This document shows, one piece after another, positions 19,605 through 28,923 of a stretch of DNA of 51,650 bases (positions are counted from its first letter, which is position 1; each line of letters starts with the position of its first letter). The notes below the pieces were generated by a model. It did not search any database and was not told the origin of the DNA. It worked only from the letters and a program-made list of their open reading frames with translations. Source of the DNA: Candidatus Bathyarchaeia archaeon (GTDB lineage Archaea; Thermoproteota; Bathyarchaeia; Bathyarchaeales; Bathycorpusculaceae); contig JBEKGO010000014.1 of NCBI GenBank assembly GCA_050012755.1, positions 1-51,650 of the forward strand. The letters are read 5' to 3'. A program made the position numbers and the translations under genes.

Positions 19605-20039
19605 CTAACTGTAAGTTGTATCTATGTTAAGGTTGCCACGATCACGCTTAAGGATTCTAACTTTTTCAGGAAGTTTATTTTTTTCCCAATCGGTCCAGCT
19701 GATTTCTTTGAAGAGCCACCTTTTGCCAAGGTGTGCTGCGACGACCGCGTGTTTGTGTGCGTTGTCTGAGGGGATAAATTGGTCAAGGAACCTGAAGAGT
19801 TTGTCGATTTGTTGTTTGGGAAAGTAGGCGTAGTAGCTGGCGTTTTTTACTTCAAAAGCGTAGCTATGTTCGCCTTTTCTAGCCATGATGTCGGGTAAGG
19901 GGTTGAGGCTTGGGTTGCTTACAGGAACCCGGACGGCGTAGTAACCTTTTTTCTGCAGCAACTTGACTAGTACAGTTTCGCTGTAGAAGCCTCTTTTCCG
20001 CCAGCGACGAAGTCTTATTCTATCCAAGTCGGTGCTCAC
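19605..20039 (-). CDS. Holliday junction resolvase Hjc-like endonuclease
   Basis: RKRG...E..LV..L...GY.AVRVP.S....PDIMA...AFEVK; AGGTGG RBS. Confidence 0.82.
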   Translation of the reverse strand: MSTDLDRIRLRRWRKRGFYSETVLVKLLQKKGYYAVRVPVSNPSLNPLPDIMARKGEHSYAFEVKNASYYAYFPKQQIDKLFRFLDQFIPSDNAHKHAVVAAHLGKRWLFKEISWTDWEKNKLPEKVRILKRDRGNLNIDTTYS

Positions 20040-22366
20040 AGTTTTCCACCTGAAACGATTGCTGATTTATCGGTGCTTTAGACATAAAAATTGTTGCTCA
20101 GGAGAACAAAGAAAACTGTGTTGTGTTGATGCTTCTGTATACGTTATTATCCGCTAGTGCTTCTGGATGATGCTGGTGAATGTAAAAATTCGTAATAATA
20201 CTAACCTCACCAAAGACACTGACGTCGAGATCATCATCATCTGCGCACCAACAATATCGCCAGTTTAGGCTATACTAAGCGCTTGAAAAGTAAGCGCTGA
20301 ACGTTAGAAAACCAAAAATTAAGTCCCATAGAGACTGAATTTTCACTATCCAACGTTAAGTTAAGACTCATAAACCTGCTTCGGCACTCGCGTGGCATCC
20401 AGAAGCATCAACTGAACAACCTATTTACAGATCAGCCAGCACAGTTGCCTTTCGAGTCTTGTAAGCGGGCAAATTTTAAAAGCGAAATTAACATCAAATT
20501 TCTTCAAAATCAGCGAAGTTTTCACTTCCTTCGCAAAAATTCGCGGAAATGCTCGAAGCCAAAGCGAAAAAATGGACTTTGGCTTCGCATGGAGATTTTC
20601 GAGGGTACTTATATGAGGCCCCGATATTCTCCATACCAGAGTATTCACACTAGTATGATAAAGGCTAAAATGAGTCTATTTGGCTATTTCAGCTCTAAAT
20701 TGAGGTTTCAAATTATCGTTTCCATTAAAAAATATTGGCCGTTTTTTAGCACAACATATTTCGGAATAAAACAACATCATATCGCTTAGTTTATGGCAAA
20801 ATAAGCCATAATTGAGATTTATTTATCAAATTAAGCCAGACGTTAAACCGTTTTTCAAGGCGCTCGAAAATCTAAAAATCAAGAGTTAATCATAACAAGA
20901 AATTTTCTGATCAGCGCAACCATTGGTTGCCCTCAATTCTTTTCCTAGGCGTCGCCACAATACTAATTGAAAATTATTCCTTAACAACTCTAAGCTTACC
21001 AGGTCCTTTTCAATAAAAGAGAATTAAGGTTGCTGCTTGCGAAAACCGTCTCCTGGACATACTGAACACGACTGAAAAGGGCGCATTTTCAGAATGCAGA
21101 AAATCCTCAAAATAGTTAGAGCTGTATTTCTTAGTCTGATCACAACGTGGACTATGCCTTAGGGGTCAAAGCCAAGTAAGTGCAAAGAGAATTTTCTTTT
21201 GAGGAGTTTTAACTGGAGAAAAAACAAGAGGCATTTATTGTCTTAAGCCCCTTTTTTGCGTATGTGTTTTCGTTGGTAATAGTGCAGAGTGGCAATATGT
21301 GGTCTGCTAAGCCTGATCTAAACTATGCTGAATTGAAGCAATCGCTTGAATCAAGAGATATCGCTGGTGAGTTTAGTTGTGGCAGTATTGCCGGATTAGT
21401 TTGCCATCACAAGCGACAACGAACAAATAGAAATATTCAGATCACTACAAGGCGGTCTATTCGGTATACAAAAGCATCAACCAAACACATTTGATTAGCA
21501 GTAAATTAATGCCTATCTTTGGAGTTTCTATACAATATTAGAACGTCTTTTGCACTACGACGATTAATTGTTACTTTAAATCGAGAATCATGTTGTCATC
21601 GACAGTAGTAATTTAGGTTAAGGCCATAGCAAATTTAGTAATTAAGTGGCGCACCCTTTGTCACTTTGGGCAAGTGCGGTAGAACTGATTCGGGGGTCTC
21701 ATTTTTCCTTTTTATCAAAAATAGGCTTTTGCGAAATAGTTGCCACACGGAGTTGACGACTAGTATCATAATTAACTGACAAAGAAGGCATCTTAAAGTG
21801 TATGCGCGGTCAAAAAAATTGCCAAATATTTATTGTTTGGTGAGAAAATGCTTTGCAAAAGTTGGTGATTCCTCTTAAGAGCCTTTGGCTTAATCTAGTG
21901 TTTTAGTCACGAAAGCGTTCGAATAAACGCGAAGGTTAAATATACATCCATTATGGAGTCAAAGTCTAAGCAAATCAACCAGGTGTTTTTACTTAATTGT
22001 TGTCACAGAATGGAAATGATGCCTCAGAATAGCGGACTCGACGGAAAATCAGGTTAAGATTGGTATTTTTTGGTTCTTTTACTTAATTGTAAGAAAAGTT
22101 CAGTCAATGAGAGTTTTAGGCTATCGAAAACTTTGTGCGATGAATTTTTTCAGCATTTAAATTTAAAATGTAGACCACGTTCTATCTGAAAAATTAACTT
22201 TTGAAGTCAATTTGTACATACTGTGCGTGTTTTTTGGGTGCATCTATTCCGAAAAGCAAAGTAAATCGCGCTTGTGGACGAAGTAGCTACACTTCTGCAC
22301 GCGACTGCCCTCCTTATTACCTTAAAGAAGAACACCTTTCGGCATATTACTTCAGCTGTGCATCAA

Positions 22367-22402
22367 ACTGTATATCATACTGTATAACATACTGTATAAA
22401 CT
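22367..22402. repeat. Tandem 12-bp repeat, three units
   Basis: ACTGTATATCAT ACTGTATAACAT ACTGTATAAACT. Confidence 0.8.
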
Positions 22403-22679
22403 CTTGACCTATAGAGGCAGATTGTGAGAGAGAACGAAGAAATCGAGGTAATTCAAAACAGCTAATCACAACAAAGCAAAATAAGCGTTGGTTTCATCTT
22501 CCTTCTGAAACCGTAAAAGAGGAAGATAAAATGGGGCACTGATTCCAGACTTTCAGCCTCTATTGAAGAAGAAAACAACACGTGCTAATTTCAATTGTCG
22601 CTGTTCTGCCTGTTGTCGTTATACTTAATATCAGAAACATTTTTCTGTATTTTCAAATTAAGAAATACAATTAGAAAAG

Positions 22680-23105
22680 GTGCTCAATACGTCAAACTTT
22701 AAAGTTGTGAATAGAAGCATCAATTTTACCACCAAAGGCGAAATAGATTTTGTAGATTTATCCGACAGAATTCAGGAAGAGGTGACAAGTTCAGGTATCA
22801 AAAACGGGCTGGTACATGTCTTTGCGCCTCATGCGACAGGCATTCTTATTTTAACAGAAAACGACAATGCTCTCCTTGATGACATCAAGGTTTTGCTCGA
22901 AGAACTTGCGCCGAGACATAAAGTGTACCAGCATCCATCTAATGCGCATTCCCATTTGCGGTCTATACTTCTGCCGCCAGACAAAACTTTACCAATAGTT
23001 AACGGTTGTGTAACGTTTGGAACTTGGCAATCTCTGCTTTTTGTAGAGACTGATGTGTACTCAAGAAAAAGAACTTTGATAATTCAAGTTTTGGGCGAGC
23101 CCTAA
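22680..23105 (+). CDS. yjbQ: YjbQ/UPF0047 secondary thiamine-phosphate synthase-like protein
   Basis: PHATG...EN, Y.H.SNAHSHLRS and FGTWQS..FVE.D motifs. Confidence 0.88.
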   Translation: MLNTSNFKVVNRSINFTTKGEIDFVDLSDRIQEEVTSSGIKNGLVHVFAPHATGILILTENDNALLDDIKVLLEELAPRHKVYQHPSNAHSHLRSILLPPDKTLPIVNGCVTFGTWQSLLFVETDVYSRKRTLIIQVLGEP

Positions 23106-23622
23106 AACCAACCTTTTCTATGGGTCACTATTCAAAGTTGATGCTTTCGCTTCTCGTACGGCAGAGTAAACGCTCTTTAACATGCAATTTTAACGTTTCA
23201 GTGGTAATCATGCGGTTCTGCATAAGTCTTTTTAACTATTTATTGTAAAAAGTGACCATTCGAATAAATTTCGGAGGCTGTGATAACAAAATGTTTTGAT
23301 AATGAAAGTAAATAGAAGAATTTAACTGGCGAAAACTGTCCAATTTTCAATCAATCTATTCCTGAAACATACAGAATGGATTCTAGAAATGCAAAAAAGG
23401 TGTCTAGCATCAAAAATAGATATTTTCAGCCTCATAAAATTAAATCACTAAAATAAAAGTGACTAAAAAACAATCTATTTTACAGTTTTCTTAGCACTGC
23501 CAAATAGAAAAATAGGCAGAAGTTAATTTAATCTGAAAAACAAAAAGGGAGAGTGAAACTTTAGGCCTTTTCAGTTTTTCAAATTCCATGATTATATAAA
23601 GTTCGCTGCACTTCGACAAAAA

Positions 23623-24351
23623 TTAACCTTTTCGCTCAGTTCGGACCCTTTTAGAGGAGCCTCGTGGTCGCATCCGTGCTTTTTTCTTTACTGCAGCCCT
23701 CTCTGAAGGTTTCTCTTCCAATGCATCAGGAGTGGTTTCTTCTAATGGTAAGGTATCTGCATCATCTGGAAAGTCATCGTTTGTAGCCTGTTCAGCTCCT
23801 GCCTGGAGCATCGTTGCAAACGCTCGATCAACATCACCGGGCTCGGCGTTAATGCCCAACGTAGCATCTGTAAGAACCACTGTCGCGAAGCCAAGCTTAC
23901 GGGCATCAAGAACGGTATTTACTACACAGTAATCAGTTGCTAATCCCCCAACAAAGAGACGTTTAGTCTCACACATTTTTAATTCATGGGCAAAGTTGGT
24001 TCCATCGAAAACGGAATAAGCTTCATGCTCAGGATTTGTAGCCTTTGAAATGACTGCAATAATTGAAGACAGCTTCAAGTCAGGACTAAACTTAGCGCCC
24101 TCTGTTTCCTGGACACAATGAGGAGGCCACGGACCACCTTGTGACTTAAACGATATATGATTGGGCGGATGCCAATCTCTTGAGGCAAAAATGTGCGCTT
24201 TGGCATAAGCAAAACGTTTGATATAGGCATTAAGGACAGGAATTATTTCGTTCCCACCTTCAACTGGGAGAGAGCCGCCTGGCAAGAAATCTTTTTGGAT
24301 ATCGGTTATCAACAGGGCGTCTGAGTTTACTATATTATATTTTGTTTTCAT
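23623..24351 (-). CDS. pncA: Nicotinamidase/pyrazinamidase
   Basis: DIQKDFLPGGSL, SRDWHPPNHISF, WPPHCVQ, AYSVF and GLATDYCV motifs. Confidence 0.92.
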   Translation of the reverse strand: MKTKYNIVNSDALLITDIQKDFLPGGSLPVEGGNEIIPVLNAYIKRFAYAKAHIFASRDWHPPNHISFKSQGGPWPPHCVQETEGAKFSPDLKLSSIIAVISKATNPEHEAYSVFDGTNFAHELKMCETKRLFVGGLATDYCVVNTVLDARKLGFATVVLTDATLGINAEPGDVDRAFATMLQAGAEQATNDDFPDDADTLPLEETTPDALEEKPSERAAVKKKARMRPRGSSKRVRTERKG

Positions 24352-24495
24352 TAAGTCGCCTTATTTTTTATTTAGAAATTTTTAGAAATTCAATATAGGA
24401 ATAAGTAGTAACTATTGAATAAACTTTTTGAAGCAAGCACAATGTCCAATCGAAAAGTAATTAAGTTTTTGTGAGTTTAACTTGATGGTGAAGCC

Positions 24496-24765
24496 ATGTC
24501 GGTTTTAGCTTATGTTCTTTTTAAAGAAGCTTCGGGAACAGAACGTGAAGTTGCTCAAAAAATGACTGAATTTGAAGAGGTTATGCAGGCAGACGTAGTT
24601 TTTGGTGAGTATGATGTGATAGCGAGGCTGGTAACAACTAATTTGGAAAAGCTGCAGGATTTTGTTTCAGACAAAATAAGAACGGTTCCGAACGTACTTG
24701 TTACTTCAACCATGATAATTTCAAAGGAATACAAAGGAAAAGTCTATCGACCCAAAAACAAGTAG
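24496..24765 (+). CDS. Stand-alone Lrp/AsnC ligand-binding (RAM) domain protein
   Basis: AYVL, VFGEYDVIA and IRTVPNV..TSTMI motifs; no HTH. Confidence 0.85.
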   Translation: MSVLAYVLFKEASGTEREVAQKMTEFEEVMQADVVFGEYDVIARLVTTNLEKLQDFVSDKIRTVPNVLVTSTMIISKEYKGKVYRPKNK

Positions 24766-24852
24766 TTTTCAGTTTGTTTTGTTGATGCTTTCGTATACCA
24801 TACGGATATGCTTATCTTTTAATCAGATACAATAAAATACGAGGCATCACGC

Positions 24853-26394
24853 ATGCAAACGAAAGACATTAACACTTTTATATCAAGCAGAGAAATGCGA
24901 GCTTTAGAGACTAATGCGGAATACTACGGTATATCCCTGCTTCAATTAATGGAAAACGCTGGATTCGATGTTGCTAAGGAAGTCATTTCACGTTTCTCTA
25001 ATGAGAAAAAAATTGTTATTTTCTGCGGATTAGGCGGAAATGGCGGCGACGGGTTCGTTGCTGCTAGACATCTCTTAGCAGCTGGGTTCAAAGTAACCGT
25101 TGTTCTAGCTGGAAGAAGCCATGATATTCACCATGAAGCTGCATTACAAAATTGGTTGATTCTTGAATCTTCACATGATAAGGTTTCACTTATTGAAATA
25201 AATGACAGCTCTCTGATACCTAAGGTCTCTGCTGATGTTGCAATTGATGCTTTGCTTGGAACTGGAACCAAGGGGCAACTTAAGCCACCGGTATCCCAAA
25301 TGGTTGAGCACATCAATTCTTTGAAAGCGTTCAAATTATCAGTTGATGTTCCAACAGGTATTGACGCCGATACTGGAGAAATCTTAGGAACAGCAGTTAA
25401 AGCCGATCTTACAGTAACTTTTTACAAGAAAAAGAAAGGTCTAGAAAAAGCCAAAGAATATGTTGGAAAATTAGTTGTGAATGACATAGGGTTGCCTAAG
25501 GAGTATGAACAGTTTGCAGGTCCAGGAGACGTTGTTCTATCAAGAAGGCAGCGAAGTCCGTCGGCTCACAAAGGCGATTTTGGACGATTGTTGGTTATTG
25601 GGGGAAGTGAAGTATATTCTGGTGCGCCAACATTAGTTTCGCTTGGTGCTTTAAGGACAGGCGTAGATCTTGTTTATCTTGCGGCGCCGACGAAATCTGC
25701 TTATGCGATTTCTTCAATGTCGCCAGACTTGATTACAATAAAACTTAATGGTGACAATATAAATCCGAGCAATGTTGAAACATTGAAACCTTATTTGAAC
25801 ATGGTTGACGCGGTTGCAATGGGTCCAGGCATGGGATTAAATCCTGAAACCTCAGAGTTTGTCAAGCTATGCATCATAGAAGTTGAGAAGGCAGGCAAAC
25901 CTCTGCTTTTGGATGCTGACGGGCTTAAAGCGTTTGCAAAGTTTAAGCGACCCCTTAAGGTACCGCTGGTTTTGACTCCTCACTCAGGCGAATACACAAT
26001 ATTAACAGGCGAAATTCTACCTGAAAACCAAGATGAACGCGCTTTGGCAGTACAGAAAACCGCGAAAAAACTCAAAGCTGTCGTTTTGGTGAAAAGCAAA
26101 GTTGACATCATATGCGACACTGAAAAAATTAAATTGAATTTTACAGGCAATGCTGGCATGACAGTTGGCGGTACAGGCGACGTACTCAGCGGTATAGTTG
26201 CTGGTTTGATGGCTCAACATGTTGACCCATTTGAAGCGGCAGTTGCTGGCGCTTTTGTTAATGGTGCTGCAGGCGATTTTGTTGCAGAAGAAATTGGTTT
26301 TCACATGGTGGCGACGGACATTATTGATTGGATTCCTCAGCTTTTGGATGATCCGATGAGTCACTTGAAGGTGCGCAAACCAAATGGAAAATAA
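24853..26394 (+). CDS. nnr: Bifunctional NAD(P)H-hydrate epimerase/dehydratase
   Basis: LMENAG, GGNGGDG, DVPTG, HKGDFG, DADG, TPHSGE and GGTGDVLSG motifs. Confidence 0.93.
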   Translation: MQTKDINTFISSREMRALETNAEYYGISLLQLMENAGFDVAKEVISRFSNEKKIVIFCGLGGNGGDGFVAARHLLAAGFKVTVVLAGRSHDIHHEAALQNWLILESSHDKVSLIEINDSSLIPKVSADVAIDALLGTGTKGQLKPPVSQMVEHINSLKAFKLSVDVPTGIDADTGEILGTAVKADLTVTFYKKKKGLEKAKEYVGKLVVNDIGLPKEYEQFAGPGDVVLSRRQRSPSAHKGDFGRLLVIGGSEVYSGAPTLVSLGALRTGVDLVYLAAPTKSAYAISSMSPDLITIKLNGDNINPSNVETLKPYLNMVDAVAMGPGMGLNPETSEFVKLCIIEVEKAGKPLLLDADGLKAFAKFKRPLKVPLVLTPHSGEYTILTGEILPENQDERALAVQKTAKKLKAVVLVKSKVDIICDTEKIKLNFTGNAGMTVGGTGDVLSGIVAGLMAQHVDPFEAAVAGAFVNGAAGDFVAEEIGFHMVATDIIDWIPQLLDDPMSHLKVRKPNGK

Positions 26395-26941
26395 CGCCGA
26401 ACCTACAGCGCCGAAATTTCCGTTTCGAATAACTATTTATCATGCGGCTCAGGATGACCCTAAAAAAAACACTGCCCTAAGACTAAAGCGTCGAGGATTT
26501 GCCCGGATAGTTACTAGGACACGATTTCTCCCAAAACGAGCCATAGTGCTAAATCCTTTCGGAGAAATAGCCTTTTCGCCAGCGGATAGGGAAAGAATTC
26601 AGCAATTTGGTTTGGCTGCAGTGGATTGCAGTTGGGAACACGCACAAAAAGTTATGAGCACACACGTAAAGGGAACGAGCCGCTGCTTGCCAATTCTTAT
26701 TGCAGGAAACCCCGTCAATTTCGGCAAACTAACAAAGTTGACTACTGCCGAAGCCGTTGCATCCGCCTTGTATATTGCAGGTTTCAAAAAAGAGTCAGAA
26801 GATCTTTTGTCCATTTTTACGTGGGGTCACTCATTTTTTGAATTAAACGGAATGTTGCTTGACAATTACACTACGGCGAAGGATAGCGGTGAAATTGTTG
26901 AAATGCAAACTCAACTCTTAAAAGCCAAAAAGTGCACCTGA
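26384..26941 (+). CDS. tsr3: 16S rRNA aminocarboxypropyltransferase (DUF367)
   Basis: QDDPKKNT, SPAD, DCSW, R.LP.L.AGNPVNFGK..KL..AEA and F.WGH.F..LN motifs. Confidence 0.92.
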   Translation: MENNAEPTAPKFPFRITIYHAAQDDPKKNTALRLKRRGFARIVTRTRFLPKRAIVLNPFGEIAFSPADRERIQQFGLAAVDCSWEHAQKVMSTHVKGTSRCLPILIAGNPVNFGKLTKLTTAEAVASALYIAGFKKESEDLLSIFTWGHSFFELNGMLLDNYTTAKDSGEIVEMQTQLLKAKKCT

Positions 26942-27079
26942 AATGTGTTTTGTTGATGCTTTTGTATACAAAACCTGAAGGCTTATAGCACACAATGGCA
27001 AATTTGATTAAAGCGCAATAGAAAGGAGGGGTGAACCTCGGAATACATAACTGATTTCTATCTATTCTTAGCTTCAGTC

Positions 27080-27667
27080 ATGCTTATTTCACTCTCTGGC
27101 GTCCTAATGCCTGGACCGTTATTTGCAATCACCGTCAAAAAGGCAGCAAAAAGCAAGATTGCAGGCGCTTTAATCGCAGTTGGCCACGGCATAGTCGAGT
27201 TTCCGCTTATGTTTTTGATTTTCTTTATACTAAGTGAATTTAATATTCCAAGCATTGTTCAGGTTGGGGTGGGTTTAGTGGGTGGCTTCTTGATGATCCT
27301 TATGGGCATACAAACATTCAGAAACAGACACAAAAATGAAGAATCACAAGTAAATTTGAAACGGGATTCAATACTTGCGGGAGTTTACACCACTGCAGCA
27401 AATGCAGGCTTTATCCTATGGTGGTTGACCATTGGCACAACTTTGATACTTAATGCCCGACTGTTTGGTTTTGTAGGGTTTTCGGTTTTTGCCGGTGTTC
27501 ATTGGCTATGCGACTTCTCCTGGTACACTTTAGCGGCATTAGTAATTTTTAAGTCACAACGGTTTTGGAACGATCGAGTCAGGATGGGAATTACGATTTT
27601 TTGCGTTGCTGTATTCATCGGTTTCGGAGCATACTTTATGGGTTCTGCCGTGTGGTCCTTAATTTAG
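27080..27667 (+). CDS. LysE family translocator
   Basis: SGVLMPGP, GHGIVE and N..FILWW motifs. The true start may lie a few codons upstream. Confidence 0.85.
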   Translation: MLISLSGVLMPGPLFAITVKKAAKSKIAGALIAVGHGIVEFPLMFLIFFILSEFNIPSIVQVGVGLVGGFLMILMGIQTFRNRHKNEESQVNLKRDSILAGVYTTAANAGFILWWLTIGTTLILNARLFGFVGFSVFAGVHWLCDFSWYTLAALVIFKSQRFWNDRVRMGITIFCVAVFIGFGAYFMGSAVWSLI

Positions 27668-27701
27668 TACAGTTATATAGAAAGGTGAAAATGTAATACT
27701 C

Positions 27702-28241
27702 ATGGAATTTCACGTTGGAAATACAATCTTACTATTAGTCAAAGGCGATATTACAGACATCGAGGCAGATGCGATTGTTAACGCGGCAAATTCATCCCTT
27801 ATGGGCGGTGGCGGAGTAGACGGTGCTATACATAGGAAAGGCGGACCTAAAATTCTTGAAGAATGCAAGCGAATAAGGGCAACTGAGTGGCCTGATGGCT
27901 TGCCAACTGGAAAAGCAGTTGTTACTTCAGGCGGCAACTTGAAGGCTAAATATGTTATTCACACGGTGGGACCTGTGTGGCTTGGAGGCTTTCACGTTGA
28001 AGCTGAACTGTTAAAACAAGCATACAGAAACTCATTGAAACTTGCAGTTGCGAAAGGAATTAGATCAATTGCGTTTCCATCAATTAGCACCGGAGCTTAT
28101 GGCTATCCTATTGAAGAAGCCAGCCGTATTGCAGTAAAAACGGTAAAGGAGTTTTTGGAAAAAGATGGGAGAGTGGAGAAGGTTATTTTCGTTTTGTTTT
28201 CTGAGCAGGACTTAGAAATCTATTTGGACACTGTGAAATAA
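27702..28241 (+). CDS. Macro-domain O-acetyl-ADP-ribose deacetylase (YmdB-like)
   Basis: GDIT, AIVNAANSSLMGGGGVDGAIH, HTVGP and FPSISTGAYGYP motifs. Confidence 0.92.
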   Translation: MEFHVGNTILLLVKGDITDIEADAIVNAANSSLMGGGGVDGAIHRKGGPKILEECKRIRATEWPDGLPTGKAVVTSGGNLKAKYVIHTVGPVWLGGFHVEAELLKQAYRNSLKLAVAKGIRSIAFPSISTGAYGYPIEEASRIAVKTVKEFLEKDGRVEKVIFVLFSEQDLEIYLDTVK

Positions 28242-28367
28242 GCAAGCACGAAGGCATAAACGAAGCAAACCGCGTCCATTCGCAATTATTTTTATGCCAT
28301 CAGAAAGGAAGAGAAGGAATAATGCTTACTTGTGCCCTCTTGGCGCCAAGCTCGAATTAATTAGTTT

Positions 28368-28913
28368 TCATGCACTAGTGGTTTTTATTTGAATCAGTGA
28401 GTAAACATCGTATTTGTCGCCTAAGACTTTTCTTCCGTCTAAGTAGCACAATTCAACTAGAAAGCCTAAGCCAACAACGTTGGCGCCTAATTTTTCAACT
28501 AATTCGATGTTGGCTTTCACGGTTCCACCCGTAGCAAGCAAATCGTCAATTATCAAAATGTTTGCATCCTTCTCAATGGCGTCTTGGTGGATCTCAATAG
28601 TGTCGCTCTCGTATTCTTTCTTGTATGTTAGATTTACGCATTTGAACGGCAGTTTTCCTTTTTTCCTGACGGGAACAAACCCAACGCCCAATTCGTAAGC
28701 CAAAGCAGAGCCAATTATGAAGCCTCTCGCTTCATTTGAAACGATCGCATCGATTGGTTCGCCTCTGTAATGGTCAGCTAATTGCTTGATGGCTGTGTGG
28801 AAGCAGACTTTGTCTTTCAAAAGTGGAGTTATATCCCAGAATACGACACCCTTAAACTCGGGAATTCTTCGAATCTTAGATTTAAGATCAATTTTTTTTT
28901 CAGTTTTAGTCAC
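28368..28913 (-). CDS. apt: Adenine phosphoribosyltransferase
   Basis: F.DITPLL, EARGF, RKKGKLP and IIDDLLATGGT motifs. Start set to the GTG at 28913. Confidence 0.92.
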   Translation of the reverse strand: MTKTEKKIDLKSKIRRIPEFKGVVFWDITPLLKDKVCFHTAIKQLADHYRGEPIDAIVSNEARGFIIGSALAYELGVGFVPVRKKGKLPFKCVNLTYKKEYESDTIEIHQDAIEKDANILIIDDLLATGGTVKANIELVEKLGANVVGLGFLVELCYLDGRKVLGDKYDVYSLIQIKTTSA

Positions 28914-28923
28914 TTTTTTCGCC

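Larger units (their letters stand above)
17944..26969. repeat. Dispersed 18-bp (extendable to 29-bp) intergenic motif GTTGATGCTTTYGTATAC, at least 7 copies
   Basis: Copies at 17944-17961(-), 18542-18559(+), 20125-20142(+), 20395-20412(-), 21464-21481(-), 24781-24798(+) and 26952-26969(+). Weaker copies at 17226-17243(+) and 23137-23149(+). Confidence 0.9.

Noticed and set aside
20421-22407. ORF-track frames 20421-20648, 20445-20789, 21264-21494 and 22201-22407
   Set aside because: No recognisable motifs or RBS; they overlap hairpins, motif copies or tandem repeats.
20040-22679. Canonical archaeal oriC, dif site, RNase P RNA or SRP RNA
   Set aside because: I saw no GTTCCAGTGGAAAC-type ORB, no adjacent cdc6, no convincing 11-6-11 dif palindrome, and no RNase P or SRP signature sequences.
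17944-26969. CRISPR array interpretation of the repeated motif
   Set aside because: Copies are 0.25-3.3 kb apart, in both orientations, without regular spacers, and no cas genes are present.
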